From sequence record KU686213.1: DNA of 64,000 nucleotides. The stretch is one strand, 5' to 3'. Below, in pieces: positions 41,058-51,335 of the stretch (its first letter is position 1; each line of letters starts with the position of its first letter). Position numbers and translations under genes: made by a program. The notes below the pieces were generated by a model. The model was not told the origin of the DNA. It searched no databases and saw only the letters and a list, made by a program, of their open reading frames with translations.

Positions 41058-41702
41058 ATGAATAAGATATTTGCATTATTGGCTGCTGTCGTAGCAGCTA
41101 CACCCGCACAAGCTGGGTTCATTATCCCTGATGATATTGTTCCACTAAGTGGAGAAAGAGCCAGTAGAATGTTCTGGCGTGGATGTATTGATGAGAAAGG
41201 TGAGATTACTAAGATAACTGTTAAGTGTGATAGAATCTTTAAGCCTAAACCAACCCAAGCAAGGGTAGAATGGAAGAACGCAAAGAAGTGTGAGGAATAT
41301 ACTCCTGGTTGTGTATCTGTTGATGCTAGTATTCAAGTTGGGGGCTTTCAGCTTTCAGTTTTATCAGCTAGAACTAGAAGACGCCGTGGTCCTGGTGGTG
41401 GTTGGGAGTCATATTCTCAACTAGATATGGCTCCATCTAAGAAAGGTTTTGAGCAATATTCTATCAACTGTACTGATCCTGATAGTGATATTAGAGTGCT
41501 AGATTTTGATGGTAAACCTAAGCATATGTATAGAACAACACAGTTTAGACTTGATCTATGTAATAGTGTATTCCCTGAGCTTGAGCGTGATACAGCATAC
41601 CAGTTGAAAGAGTTAGCTTGTAGGCTTACGAAGGACCCAAAAAAGAATAGAGAGTGTTGGATAGACTTTAAGGAGTGGAAAGCAAACAGGAGGTACAGAT
41701 AG
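41058..41702 (+). CDS. Hypothetical exported Cys-rich protein
   Basis: Signal peptide MNKIFALLAAVVAATPAQA. Confidence 0.65.
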   Translation: MNKIFALLAAVVAATPAQAGFIIPDDIVPLSGERASRMFWRGCIDEKGEITKITVKCDRIFKPKPTQARVEWKNAKKCEEYTPGCVSVDASIQVGGFQLSVLSARTRRRRGPGGGWESYSQLDMAPSKKGFEQYSINCTDPDSDIRVLDFDGKPKHMYRTTQFRLDLCNSVFPELERDTAYQLKELACRLTKDPKKNRECWIDFKEWKANRRYR

Positions 41703-41780
41703 ACCACCTTGAGTAGTGTCCACTGCCCCATCACAGGGGCTTTTTTATGCTCTATAATAATCACATACACACAGAAACAG

Positions 41781-42392
41781 ATGAAACTCAACCACAAATT
41801 CAATAAGCGAGCCAAAGTTGAGGATCGTATCATTCTATCTAAGTCTGGCACACTATCAAAGTTTACCAAAAACCTCCAGACTATTGCGGGTTATCAGAAT
41901 CCTGATAGATATGACCCAGATAAGTATAAAGGTGATGCCTTTGAGTGGTTTGCTGAATACTTCTTTAAAGTATTCTCATGCGACAAAATGTTCTTATATA
42001 TTACTGATTATGAACCCAACCAGGGGTCTGATTATGGTGTTGATGGTTTGGGTAAATATGTTCTTGATACTCTCAAGCAGGTAGCGTTGCAGGTCAAGTT
42101 TAAGTCAAATCAATCTTCAACATTATCTGCAAAAAATGACAGCCTCTCTAATTTTGGAGTACACGCATATACTAAGCATGGTATTGAAATTAAGAGTGAG
42201 TATATAGTCATATTTACCAATTGTAGTGGTATTGAGCAATCAACTTATAAAATTTATTGTGATCAAATTCGTTGTATTGATAAAGAAATTATTTCTAGGT
42301 ATGTGGATAATAATGAATCATTCTGGGGGGGTTTAGAGGAGTATGTCACTCCAAAGACTGTCACATCACAGTCCACATCACCCACCACCTGA
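41781..42392 (+). CDS. Mrr-like (D..QxK) restriction endonuclease domain protein
   Basis: GDAFEWFAEYFF...DYGVDGLG...ALQVKFKS. Confidence 0.7.
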   Translation: MKLNHKFNKRAKVEDRIILSKSGTLSKFTKNLQTIAGYQNPDRYDPDKYKGDAFEWFAEYFFKVFSCDKMFLYITDYEPNQGSDYGVDGLGKYVLDTLKQVALQVKFKSNQSSTLSAKNDSLSNFGVHAYTKHGIEIKSEYIVIFTNCSGIEQSTYKIYCDQIRCIDKEIISRYVDNNESFWGGLEEYVTPKTVTSQSTSPTT

Positions 42393-42421
42393 TCTATACT
42401 ACATACATCAACGAACCACCA

Positions 42422-43576
42422 ATGGATTTTCAATTTTCTCTAGACCTATGCCGACATATTCGTGATAAATGGAATAGTGCAAAAAATAAAAAGGTAGATA
42501 AACTACATCTGCCCATATCAGAAGACCTTGCTATTGATCTCTGTTCGGGCTATAATAATAATACTAAATTTGCATTATTTGATGCGGGTTGTATCCTTGC
42601 AATTACCCTCATTGGCATGGGACATGAGCCATCAAATATTTATGTGGTGGAGAGTCCCGAGTTTGACTATCATTATAGTATTGCAAAAGATCTGTCAACT
42701 AAACTTGGATTTAGTATCATTGAATATCCCCTCCTCCAAAAACCAGATTTTAATATGAACTTTACCGCAACTCTCGGCAATCCCCCCTATAGTGGACAAC
42801 TTCATCTTGAGTTTCTTCTGAAGTGTCTTGAGATATCTGATGAGGTTAAACTAATTCATCCATCTGGTTGGCTGACACGTAGTGATCGTTCAATTGAGAA
42901 AGATGTGAAGAATGCTCTAGATGGTAGAGTAAAGTCACTGAAGATATTCAATGGTGTTCCAGTATTCAATGCCGAGTTTCAAGCTCCTTTAGTTATTACA
43001 GAGGCGGTGAAGAGTTGGGATGGTCCAGTAACAGTAACATATGATAATACAGGTAATACCTATGAAATTGATTCTATCTGGGACTTCCCTACTGGTTATT
43101 GGGAACCAACTGAGATCAACCTCACTCTCAGAGATTTAATTTTTAGTGAAGCAAAGAAGTCTAACCTACTTTCACTAAGAACTTCTAATATCAATTCAGT
43201 TCCACTTAATCTCCCCACGATTTGTGGTCATCCCGTAGTAAACGACAGTAAAAAGTTATTTGGTGATGACTTTCACACGTTCTTCTATCATAATAGTAAC
43301 ATCTATACTCACGAGAACAATGAAGGTAGATTTTACTCACTCAAGAGTGAAGAAGAGAGGGATAATCTAGTTTCATATCTCAAGACTAAGTTTGCTAGAT
43401 TTGCTCTTGCCCTGAATAAAGCAACTAATAGAAATAACGTTATTAGGTATATTGAGAATGTACCACTACCGCCACTTGATGTTGAGTGGACTGATGAGAG
43501 TGTATATGAATATTATGGTCTAAGTTCGGAACAGATTGATTCGATTGAATCGTTTATTCCAACATACTATAAGTGA
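42422..43576 (+). CDS. Eco57I/TaqI-like adenine methyltransferase, NPPY + target recognition part
   Basis: TLGNPPY, LIHPSGWL, C-terminal YLKTKFARF...VP...WTDE.VY.YYGLS; motif I degenerate (FDAGCILA). Confidence 0.8.
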   Translation: MDFQFSLDLCRHIRDKWNSAKNKKVDKLHLPISEDLAIDLCSGYNNNTKFALFDAGCILAITLIGMGHEPSNIYVVESPEFDYHYSIAKDLSTKLGFSIIEYPLLQKPDFNMNFTATLGNPPYSGQLHLEFLLKCLEISDEVKLIHPSGWLTRSDRSIEKDVKNALDGRVKSLKIFNGVPVFNAEFQAPLVITEAVKSWDGPVTVTYDNTGNTYEIDSIWDFPTGYWEPTEINLTLRDLIFSEAKKSNLLSLRTSNINSVPLNLPTICGHPVVNDSKKLFGDDFHTFFYHNSNIYTHENNEGRFYSLKSEEERDNLVSYLKTKFARFALALNKATNRNNVIRYIENVPLPPLDVEWTDESVYEYYGLSSEQIDSIESFIPTYYK

Positions 43577-43668
43577 TCCAATAATTAACCAATTAAAATA
43601 GTGTCACACTACACCAAAACGGGGTAGTGTGGTTTGCTATACTATATTCATACAAACGACCCCCCACA

Positions 43669-45114
43669 ATGAAAGCATATCCACACCAGTCCCGCACCCT
43701 TACTGCTATGGATGAGAATGATCGTGGTCTCATTGTCATTCCCACTGGTGGCGGTAAGACATTTGTGATGGCAGAAAATCTCCGTCAGAACCTTTCAGGT
43801 GTGTCTGTAGTGGTTGCTCCTAGGATCCTTTTGGCACAACAGTTATTCGGTGAGATTGACTCCATCATCGGTAATAGTGCTACCTTCCAGCACATGTTTG
43901 CATATAGTGGAGAAGCAATTGAGCGTGAGATGGATGAGTTGAGTCCAGAACAGATTCTTGATGTTAACTATGCTAATTGTAGTTCAGATAATGTTAAAAG
44001 TGAATATGTAAGATCTCTATCCAATAATTTACCCCTAATTATCTTTACAACATACCATTCACTTAATAATGTTGTTGGGGCTAATATTCCTATCGACAGA
44101 GCATATCTAGATGAGGCACACAATGCAACATCTATTCAGTTCAGTAATTCGGTTAAAGAGCTCAGTGATGTTGTTACGAAAATGTATTCTTTTACTGCAA
44201 CACCCAAGTTAGGTGAATCTACTACAGGCAGAGGAAACAATGTAGTAAAGACATTTGGTGAGAAAATTATCGAAGTTCCTGCTAAGGAGTTGGTTGAGAA
44301 TGGTATTATTGTTCCCCCTATGCCAGTCACTGTGTATACTGGTTTGTGTAGAGAAAAACTTGATGAGACTATGCTCTCCCGCGATAGTATTATTCGCGCA
44401 TACTCCCATTGCAAAGATAATCATCCAGGTATCAATCATAAGATTCTAGTTGCTGCTGATGGTACTAAGACTATCAATGATATGAGAACATCCACTAATT
44501 TAATCAAAAGTCTTAATGCTGACGGATGTGATGTATTCATGGTAACTTCAGCTCATGGTAGTTGGATGAATAATACTGAAATTAAGAGTAGAAGTGAGTT
44601 CTTAAATCTTCTCCGCGAATATGGATCCAATCCCACTAAGAAGATTGTTGTTATTCACCATTCTATTCTATCTGAAGGTATTGATGTGCCAGGTATGACT
44701 GGTGTTCTTGTCCTTAGAAATATGAATGTTAGTGTCTTAAGGCAGACTATTGGTAGGGTATTGCGTATGCTTAAGACTGACCGCAATGCTATTGCTAATG
44801 GTGACATTGATGCTGGCGATTACATGAACTACCATAAATCATATGGTCTGGTTATGGTTCCTGTTCACAAGGATGATGGTTCTGATTTGGATTCTACTGT
44901 TGGTATAGTATATAATTCAATTATGGGTATGGGCTTCACCCCTGAAGATGTGATAAATGAGGAGAATGTGCGGGGTGAGCATAAACTAGAACTGCCAGAT
45001 GATCTAAAGAAGTCTATTCAGCAGAAGATTAAAGAAGTGGACAATAACTGGAAATGGATGTATAATACGACTATCATAGAGAGAGACTTTTCCTCTCTTT
45101 TACATCTGCTATGA
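43669..45114 (+). CDS. SF2 DEAH helicase (type III Res/ISP-like), copy 2
   Basis: IPTGGGKT, DEAH, FTATPK, LSEGIDV, QTIGRVLR. Confidence 0.9.
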   Translation: MKAYPHQSRTLTAMDENDRGLIVIPTGGGKTFVMAENLRQNLSGVSVVVAPRILLAQQLFGEIDSIIGNSATFQHMFAYSGEAIEREMDELSPEQILDVNYANCSSDNVKSEYVRSLSNNLPLIIFTTYHSLNNVVGANIPIDRAYLDEAHNATSIQFSNSVKELSDVVTKMYSFTATPKLGESTTGRGNNVVKTFGEKIIEVPAKELVENGIIVPPMPVTVYTGLCREKLDETMLSRDSIIRAYSHCKDNHPGINHKILVAADGTKTINDMRTSTNLIKSLNADGCDVFMVTSAHGSWMNNTEIKSRSEFLNLLREYGSNPTKKIVVIHHSILSEGIDVPGMTGVLVLRNMNVSVLRQTIGRVLRMLKTDRNAIANGDIDAGDYMNYHKSYGLVMVPVHKDDGSDLDSTVGIVYNSIMGMGFTPEDVINEENVRGEHKLELPDDLKKSIQQKIKEVDNNWKWMYNTTIIERDFSSLLHLL

Positions 45115-45120
45115 GAAAGT

Positions 45121-45522
45121 ATGTCTAAGAATACGCATAATGAAAACGTAGGGTCTAATATTATACGTTCTAATGAGCGCATTGATCAGACTGGTGAGGT
45201 ATTCACTCCAATGGAACTATGCCGTGAGATGGTCAACGAACTACCACTAGATGTACTACAGAATCCTAAGAGCACCTTTTTAGATAATTCTGCTGGTCAC
45301 GGTAACTTTATCATCGCTCTCCGCGATAAGCTACTAGAATATCACGAGTTATCACATATCTTAGACAATATGCTCTATGCTGTTGAGTTTATGGAGGATA
45401 ATCACGCCGAGTTGTGTGAGAGAATAGGTGTGCCTGTTACTCACCCACATTATGTTAGAGCTGATGCTACCACATATGATTATAGCTTTGGTGAGCCTAT
45501 AGGATTAGAGGCATTCTTCTAG
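45121..45522 (+). CDS. Methyltransferase SAM-binding module (motif X-I-II, no NPPY), copy 1
   Basis: GEVFTP, FLDNSAGHGNF, LYAVE; no catalytic motif. Confidence 0.8.
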   Translation: MSKNTHNENVGSNIIRSNERIDQTGEVFTPMELCREMVNELPLDVLQNPKSTFLDNSAGHGNFIIALRDKLLEYHELSHILDNMLYAVEFMEDNHAELCERIGVPVTHPHYVRADATTYDYSFGEPIGLEAFF

Positions 45523-45597
45523 CCACTTTGAGTAGTGTCCACTGCCCCAACACAGGGGCATTTTTAATGTTATGATTTATCCATCAGCTTAACGCAT

Positions 45598-45915
45598 ATG
45601 ATCGAAGCTATCGCAGCTCCAAACACACAGGTCACTGAAGAGGGTGGACTCTTCTACATCTCTATGAGCGTTGGTGCTGATGAGGTATGCACTGCTTGTT
45701 ATATGCGCGACAAGGCGCAGAGAGTGGTCATTATCCAATTAGATACACCAGTGGAGTATAGAGGCAATGGCTACGCCACAGCCCTCCTGGAGGGCATACA
45801 GAGGCGTGAGAAGACTGGTCCTATCCGTGTGATTAGTACTAGCCATGCCGTTGGTTTCTACAATAAGCTAGGATACATTGAAGTATCACCATACGTGTTC
45901 CAAAGCTCAAACTGA
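45598..45915 (+). CDS. GNAT family acetyltransferase
   Basis: YRGNGYATALL and AVGFYNKLGY. Confidence 0.8.
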   Translation: MIEAIAAPNTQVTEEGGLFYISMSVGADEVCTACYMRDKAQRVVIIQLDTPVEYRGNGYATALLEGIQRREKTGPIRVISTSHAVGFYNKLGYIEVSPYVFQSSN

Positions 45916-45976
45916 CCACTGAACCCCCACAGGGCACCTAAATGCCCTATACTATTCACATAAGCAACGGACACCA

Positions 45977-46870
45977 ATGACCAAGAACCTACACCTTGAG
46001 CACCCAGAAGACCTTATCTTGTCTGGTGACCTATCAGTGCTTGACTGGTTCTCTACTATCTCCACCACCAGTGTGAAGATGGACGGCAGTGTAGCCATTG
46101 TATGGGGCATCAACCCAGAGAATGGTAAGTTTTTCGTAGGTAAGAAATCAGTATTCAATAAGAAGAAGGTTGAGATATGCTATACACCACAAGATATTAG
46201 GAAGTTCTACGGTGACCGTGAGGAACTAGCAGACATTCTCCTCACTTGCCTTGACTTCTTGCCCCGCACTGGTGGTATCTATCAAGGTGACTTCATTGGG
46301 CTGGGTGGTAACTCAAAATACACACCCAACACCATTACATATGACTTTGGCTCTCCTGTTGAGGAAGTCATTATCATTGCTCCTCACACATACTATGTTG
46401 GTGATACTATCAAGGGATGTGTTGCTCACCCACTATCACACCAATTAGAATCAACTGGTGATGTTCTGTTTGTTCAGCCTACCGTTGATTGTAAGTGTAC
46501 CTTCTATGATTCTGTTGATGCTATCCGCACATCAGTGAAGAAGTCCAAGTTCTTGACGGATAAATCAGCCAAAGAGGTTCGTGTTATACTTAACGCATTC
46601 GTTCGCGAAGGTAAGTCCATCAGCCCACAACTACTAGAACAAGTTGTAGGTGACTGGAATCTCACTATGTCCTACTTCCAAATCATTGACCTAAAGGAGC
46701 AAATGATGGAAGCTATGATAGTATATGATGGACCAAAGGCATTTATTGGTGATATGCCCGTAGCTTGTGAAGGCTATGTTCGCACCAATCGCCACGGTTC
46801 TATGAAACTGGTTGACCGCTACCAGTTCGCACAGGCTAACTTCAACAACACACGATTCAGGTCAAACTAA
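45977..46870 (+). CDS. ATP-dependent ligase-like nucleotidyltransferase
   Basis: KMDG (motif I), QGDF, EGYV (IV), KLVDR (V). Confidence 0.65.
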   Translation: MTKNLHLEHPEDLILSGDLSVLDWFSTISTTSVKMDGSVAIVWGINPENGKFFVGKKSVFNKKKVEICYTPQDIRKFYGDREELADILLTCLDFLPRTGGIYQGDFIGLGGNSKYTPNTITYDFGSPVEEVIIIAPHTYYVGDTIKGCVAHPLSHQLESTGDVLFVQPTVDCKCTFYDSVDAIRTSVKKSKFLTDKSAKEVRVILNAFVREGKSISPQLLEQVVGDWNLTMSYFQIIDLKEQMMEAMIVYDGPKAFIGDMPVACEGYVRTNRHGSMKLVDRYQFAQANFNNTRFRSN

Positions 46871-47097
46871 TGGATTGCACTAGATGTCTACACTACTATG
46901 AAATACGTGGGAGAAAGATATGCCGCTCTCCCCATCTTGATGAGGAAGCACCTGTTGAACAGGAGAGATCTAGTTTAGGTCAATGCAATCAAGATGGAAA
47001 GAACTTTGAATTTTGTGTTTATAGAAAGGCACGTCACGTGTTTTTGGGCTCAATATATGATGAAAATGCAACTAGACTAGACCACTATCCAAACTGA
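46870..47097 (+). CDS. Small Cys-rich protein
   Basis: CxxC...C...C..C pattern; coupled. Confidence 0.5.
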   Translation: MDCTRCLHYYEIRGRKICRSPHLDEEAPVEQERSSLGQCNQDGKNFEFCVYRKARHVFLGSIYDENATRLDHYPN

Positions 47098-47162
47098 CCA
47101 CTAACGTTCCACAGGGCACACAGATGCCTTATACTACATACATAGCAAACGAGGCTTACTAA

Positions 47163-47492
47163 ATGCTTATCAACTGGACAGATGAAGAGAGAGCAGCCGC
47201 TACCCGTGGTGATGTAAACATCTTCATCCTCAACACCACTCCACAAGCTATCAAGGAGATGGACAAAGAACTACCCACTGATACACATATCATTGAGTAC
47301 GTTATTGATGGTGAGACATCCTATGATGCTGTTAGAGGCTATAAGATGAGCGATATCTTCAATGTATACCACGATAAGTTTAGAAGAGACGACATCACTG
47401 CTCAAGTCATTAGTATCAAGAGTGGCTATGGTGTTATCAAACCCAAGCTTTATGGCTATCAAGCCGTTGAATCATCCAAGAAAACCAAGTAA
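47163..47492 (+). CDS. Hypothetical protein
   Basis: Follows cassette at 47094; YGVIKPKLYGY motif. Confidence 0.7.
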   Translation: MLINWTDEERAAATRGDVNIFILNTTPQAIKEMDKELPTDTHIIEYVIDGETSYDAVRGYKMSDIFNVYHDKFRRDDITAQVISIKSGYGVIKPKLYGYQAVESSKKTK

Positions 47493-47498
47493 TTCATT

Positions 47499-47876
47499 AT
47501 GACTAACACAACACCCGATCCAATAGACAATCTTCCTTATCAACCCGTTGCTCGTGATAGAAATGCTGAACAGCAACGCTTCCAGGAGCGCGTCCTAGTG
47601 CGCTCCACAGCCACTGGTTTCGAGCAGGGCATTGCTGCTATGGCTGGGCTGTTTACGGCTGGTCCTCTGGGCTCTCTGGCTGCCTGGGGGGCTCTCCGTG
47701 GTCTCCAAGGTAAGTGGGCACCCTGGTTCATCCTAGGCATCCCTGCTTCTGTTGCTCTCAACGTAGTTCAGTTGCTTATTATTGCTGCTATCTTTGGGGC
47801 AGTTGAGCCAGAAGCTGGAACAGACTATGAAGCACACCACATACAGGAGCAGCAAGAGCAAGTAACGAACATTTAA
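47499..47876 (+). CDS. Hypothetical membrane protein
   Basis: Gly-rich hydrophobic segments. Confidence 0.65.
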   Translation: MTNTTPDPIDNLPYQPVARDRNAEQQRFQERVLVRSTATGFEQGIAAMAGLFTAGPLGSLAAWGALRGLQGKWAPWFILGIPASVALNVVQLLIIAAIFGAVEPEAGTDYEAHHIQEQQEQVTNI

Positions 47877-47912
47877 GTTTGTCTTGATTGGAGCACAAAA
47901 GTCTGTTATAAT

Positions 47913-48107
47913 ATGTGTGTAAATACTAACAGAGTAATTCATATAATAATGAGACACAATAACACAGACGCACTGATAAATGATTGCGAAGACTACCTAC
48001 TACACAGATATATTCCAATACATTCATATACAGGAGATGAAATCATAAAGCAAGCCATTAAGGAAGGTTATATGATGGACCTATTTTATAGACACTACTC
48101 AAAGTGA
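47913..48107 (+). CDS. Hypothetical protein
   Basis: ORF before terminator; start uncertain. Confidence 0.45.
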   Translation: MCVNTNRVIHIIMRHNNTDALINDCEDYLLHRYIPIHSYTGDEIIKQAIKEGYMMDLFYRHYSK

Positions 48108-48111
48108 CTAC

Positions 48112-48135
48112 GGGGGGCAATATGCCCTCTTTTTT
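48112..48135 (+). terminator. Intrinsic terminator
   Basis: GGGGGCA-ATA-TGCCCTC + T run. Confidence 0.65.
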
Positions 48136-48145
48136 ATGATATAAT

Positions 48146-48934
48146 ATGGAAACCAATTCAGAAACTATGAACAAGCTACTCAATGGTGAATGTCTTGAAG
48201 TTATGAAGACACTAGCTGATAATTCAATTGATATGGTTTTCTGTGACCTACCTTATGGTACTACACAGAACTCTTGGGATACTATCATCCCATTCGATGA
48301 GTTGTGGGCAGAGTATCATCGTATCGTCAAGATTGATGGTGCTATTGTACTAACAGCACAACCACCATTTGATAAGGTCTTAGCTTGTTCAAATCTAAAA
48401 GACTTCCGTTATGAATGGATATGGGAGAAGAATAAAGCAACTGGGCACCTAAATGCTAAGAAGATGCCTATGAAGGCACACGAGAACATACTAGTATTTT
48501 ATAGAAAGCTTCCTACATATAACCCACAGATGACCACAGGTCATAAGCCAATGAATGCAGTATTGCCTAAGAGCAATATGCCTGCACCAAAGGAGAAGAG
48601 AAACTATAACCACGTAGAAGAGCGACTAGGTAATCCTGGTGGTGGAACTAGTAGGTATCCAAGAGATACTGTTAGGTTCCCCGTTATCAACAATGATGAC
48701 CCAAAGAAGTTCCACCCAACACAGAAACCTATCCCCTTGATTGAGTACTTCATCAAGACATATTCTAATCCAGGTGATGTTGTACTAGACAATTGTATGG
48801 GCTCAGGTTCTACCTGTATTGCTGCATCTAATCTAGATCGACAGTTTGTTGGTATTGAGATGAGTGAGGAATATTACAACCTAGCAGTTGAGTGGGTCGA
48901 ATCCGAACGTAGACTCACCCAGTTCTTTAACTGA
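48146..48934 (+). CDS. Beta-class N4-C/N6-A DNA methyltransferase (orphan)
   Basis: CDLPYG (IV), HPTQKP, VLDNCMGSGST (I). Confidence 0.93.
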   Translation: METNSETMNKLLNGECLEVMKTLADNSIDMVFCDLPYGTTQNSWDTIIPFDELWAEYHRIVKIDGAIVLTAQPPFDKVLACSNLKDFRYEWIWEKNKATGHLNAKKMPMKAHENILVFYRKLPTYNPQMTTGHKPMNAVLPKSNMPAPKEKRNYNHVEERLGNPGGGTSRYPRDTVRFPVINNDDPKKFHPTQKPIPLIEYFIKTYSNPGDVVLDNCMGSGSTCIAASNLDRQFVGIEMSEEYYNLAVEWVESERRLTQFFN

Positions 48935-48995
48935 CCACTGAACCACCACAGGGCACCCAAATGCCCTATACTATATTCATCAACCAAAGGGAACA

Positions 48996-49163
48996 ATGAT
49001 CAAGTCACAAGTTCAGCGCATCGTTCGCGAAGTAGCTACTACTCAAGGTGCTACGCTCACACGTGATGAGAAGTGGTCCGTGTTCCTTAACGTCTGTGAT
49101 GGTCTCTATCGTGACGGGCGCATCACACTCAAGCAACACGACAACTGGACATCCCCTTTCTGA
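48996..49163 (+). CDS. Small early protein (55 aa)
   Basis: Follows cassette at 48931; DGRIT..Q.DNWT.PF. Confidence 0.6.
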   Translation: MIKSQVQRIVREVATTQGATLTRDEKWSVFLNVCDGLYRDGRITLKQHDNWTSPF

Positions 49164-49171
49164 GTATAACA

Positions 49172-49318
49172 ATGATCACCCAAGACGACCGCGATTTCGT
49201 AAACTTTCTGTTCGGTAAGTTGCTTACTGAGACAGATACTGATATGATTGATCTACACGATGACGATACTGCTGGTATCGACGCACTTGAATTTGAACAA
49301 CTCACCCTCGCTATTTGA
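49172..49318 (+). CDS. Acidic microprotein (48 aa)
   Basis: MITQDDRDFVNFLF...DLHDDD. Confidence 0.55.
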   Translation: MITQDDRDFVNFLFGKLLTETDTDMIDLHDDDTAGIDALEFEQLTLAI

Positions 49319-49320
49319 TT

Positions 49321-49668
49321 ATGAGCATCCTTACACAAGAGTCTACACAAAAACTTGCTGAGGCTATTGCACAAGATGTATTCGCATACATCTCCGAAGA
49401 TGGTCGCTACCTTGACGGTGTGATGAACACCATTGAGCCTGCTATTGTACACGTTATTGGTCAAACAAGCCCCGAGCTAGTTGGTGAGCTTGGTTGCGCT
49501 ATTATGGGTATGATTTGTATCCCTAGTGACCCAGATGTATACCAAGATGACCTATGGAAGACACGATATGAGCGACTCTATCGCTATGTGAAGCACACAT
49601 ATGCTGAGAGTTACATTGATGGTGCTGAGTATGGTATAATTGCTAGTGATGAAGTTTACGGATACTGA
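49321..49668 (+). CDS. Hypothetical protein
   Basis: ORF in gene run. Confidence 0.6.
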   Translation: MSILTQESTQKLAEAIAQDVFAYISEDGRYLDGVMNTIEPAIVHVIGQTSPELVGELGCAIMGMICIPSDPDVYQDDLWKTRYERLYRYVKHTYAESYIDGAEYGIIASDEVYGY

Positions 49669-49670
49669 TT

Positions 49671-49877
49671 ATGCCTGCACATAGTAATATGGGTCAATAT
49701 AGACTCACTGATATTCAGGTAGATCTTATTCTCCATTGTTTGGAGTATACAAGAAACCTTACTATTGAGGAAGACAATGAGAGGAGGAAGATTGTAGAAT
49801 CACTACAGTCTGGAGTATTACCACCACCACCTCATACCATAGAAGAAGACCCCTACGCCAACTATTGCGACATCTAA
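49671..49877 (+). CDS. Hypothetical protein
   Basis: ORF in gene run. Confidence 0.5.
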   Translation: MPAHSNMGQYRLTDIQVDLILHCLEYTRNLTIEEDNERRKIVESLQSGVLPPPPHTIEEDPYANYCDI

Positions 49878-50260
49878 TGCCTAAAACAAAGCAACCCAAA
49901 CTAACACAAGAAGAGCTATTCCCTCACGGTAGGGAGTTTGGCTATCGCCTACAACTTGAAGAGCGTATTGAAGGTCTAGGAACTATTGCTTGGTTTCAGT
50001 GTGAGTTCCACTTGACTAAACACGTAGAAAGATATAGAATAACCAAAGGTAAAATTGATGTGATGAAAGGGGCAACCCCCCTCACCAAAGACCCATTTAC
50101 CCCTAAACGTACTAGGAAGGCTAGTGGTACCAAGGCATCTCAAGCATCAAAAACCAAAAAACCTGTAAAAACAGCAGCCAAGACCAAGAGTACCCCTCGC
50201 ACATCTAAAACTGCTAAAAAAGAGGTTTTTAGTAATCTAGACACATTCTTTTCTAAATGA
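49877..50260 (+). CDS. Hypothetical protein with Lys/Thr-rich tail
   Basis: WFQCE.HL.K...RY motif; ends LDTFFSK. Confidence 0.65.
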   Translation: MPKTKQPKLTQEELFPHGREFGYRLQLEERIEGLGTIAWFQCEFHLTKHVERYRITKGKIDVMKGATPLTKDPFTPKRTRKASGTKASQASKTKKPVKTAAKTKSTPRTSKTAKKEVFSNLDTFFSK

Positions 50261-50402
50261 ATAACCCATTGAGTGCTATAAAGCACACTAGAACAACATA
50301 TAGTAGGCAATATCAGAAAAACTATGTTGAGGTATTAGTCCAATTTAAGGATGAGCCTGAAGCATGGATACCCCTTGAAACTTTACTAGCACTTAAAGAA
50401 CA

Positions 50403-50630
50403 ATGATTGAACTATTCAGTACAGTAAATTTTACTCCATTAGAAGCTTCTAAAGCAGCACTTTTAGCGTTGCTGATTGGTGGCATAGTCTACTACGCCAT
50501 ATTTTTTTTGCTTCAAAAATGGATTTCTTTATCTGTTAGACTTGAAAGTCCTTGGTCAGAAATTGTATTTTATGTTCCGCTTATTTTTGGAGCATGGCTC
50601 GCTGTTTTCTCCGCTTTAATTTCCAAATGA
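50403..50630 (+). CDS. Small two-TM membrane protein
   Basis: Two hydrophobic segments. Confidence 0.55.
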   Translation: MIELFSTVNFTPLEASKAALLALLIGGIVYYAIFFLLQKWISLSVRLESPWSEIVFYVPLIFGAWLAVFSALISK

Positions 50631-50863
50631 TTGAACTATCTCTTATCACACTACTCAATACAATGGCTCCACGCTATTGTGAATACAAGCGTAGTGGCTT
50701 AAATGATACAAAAGCAACTCTACTATCATACAGTGAGATGCATGACGAATACCCATCAGCTGCTATTAGAAAGGCAGTGCTTAATGGTAGGGGATTAGAA
50801 GCAATTGCTGTCGCTATGGTAGCAACAACTTGTCCACTTGATGCAATAAAAGACAATGACTAA
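50627..50863 (+). CDS. Hypothetical protein
   Basis: MIELSLITLL...; coupled. Confidence 0.55.
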   Translation: MIELSLITLLNTMAPRYCEYKRSGLNDTKATLLSYSEMHDEYPSAAIRKAVLNGRGLEAIAVAMVATTCPLDAIKDND

Positions 50864-51135
50864 ACCACTCAAAACATATCACGTTAAGGTAAAGTTCCTT
50901 GATGACCTAAAGTATGGTGAGTTTATCACAGCACCATCAGAAAAAGAAGCCCTCAAACTATTTGTAGAGGAGTATTTGTATGTTGCATCGGAGAGGGAAG
51001 AATGAACAATAAACTATATGAACAGCACGATGATGAGAGTATTGAAGCACTCAATACTATCGACACATTGAAGCGTAGGATTATTGAATTAGAAGCAGAG
51101 ATTGTAACACTTAAAGCACGAATGAGGGATATGGG

Positions 51136-51330
51136 ATGAGTTTTTCACCAGCACTAGGTATATTAGTTGAGTATAAGGGAAGCGTAGGTGAGATTAAGTT
51201 CATTGATGACGTATATCTCACCATATGCACAAAGAGTAAGACTGATGGGATGATAGGTGACCTATGTTTGGTTGTCTACAAGCCAGAATGGGACCTAATC
51301 AAGATGATTGGTGATCGTAATAGACAGTAA
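51136..51330 (+). CDS. Hypothetical protein
   Basis: Small beta-rich ORF. Confidence 0.6.
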   Translation: MSFSPALGILVEYKGSVGEIKFIDDVYLTICTKSKTDGMIGDLCLVVYKPEWDLIKMIGDRNRQ

Positions 51331-51335
51331 GTAAA

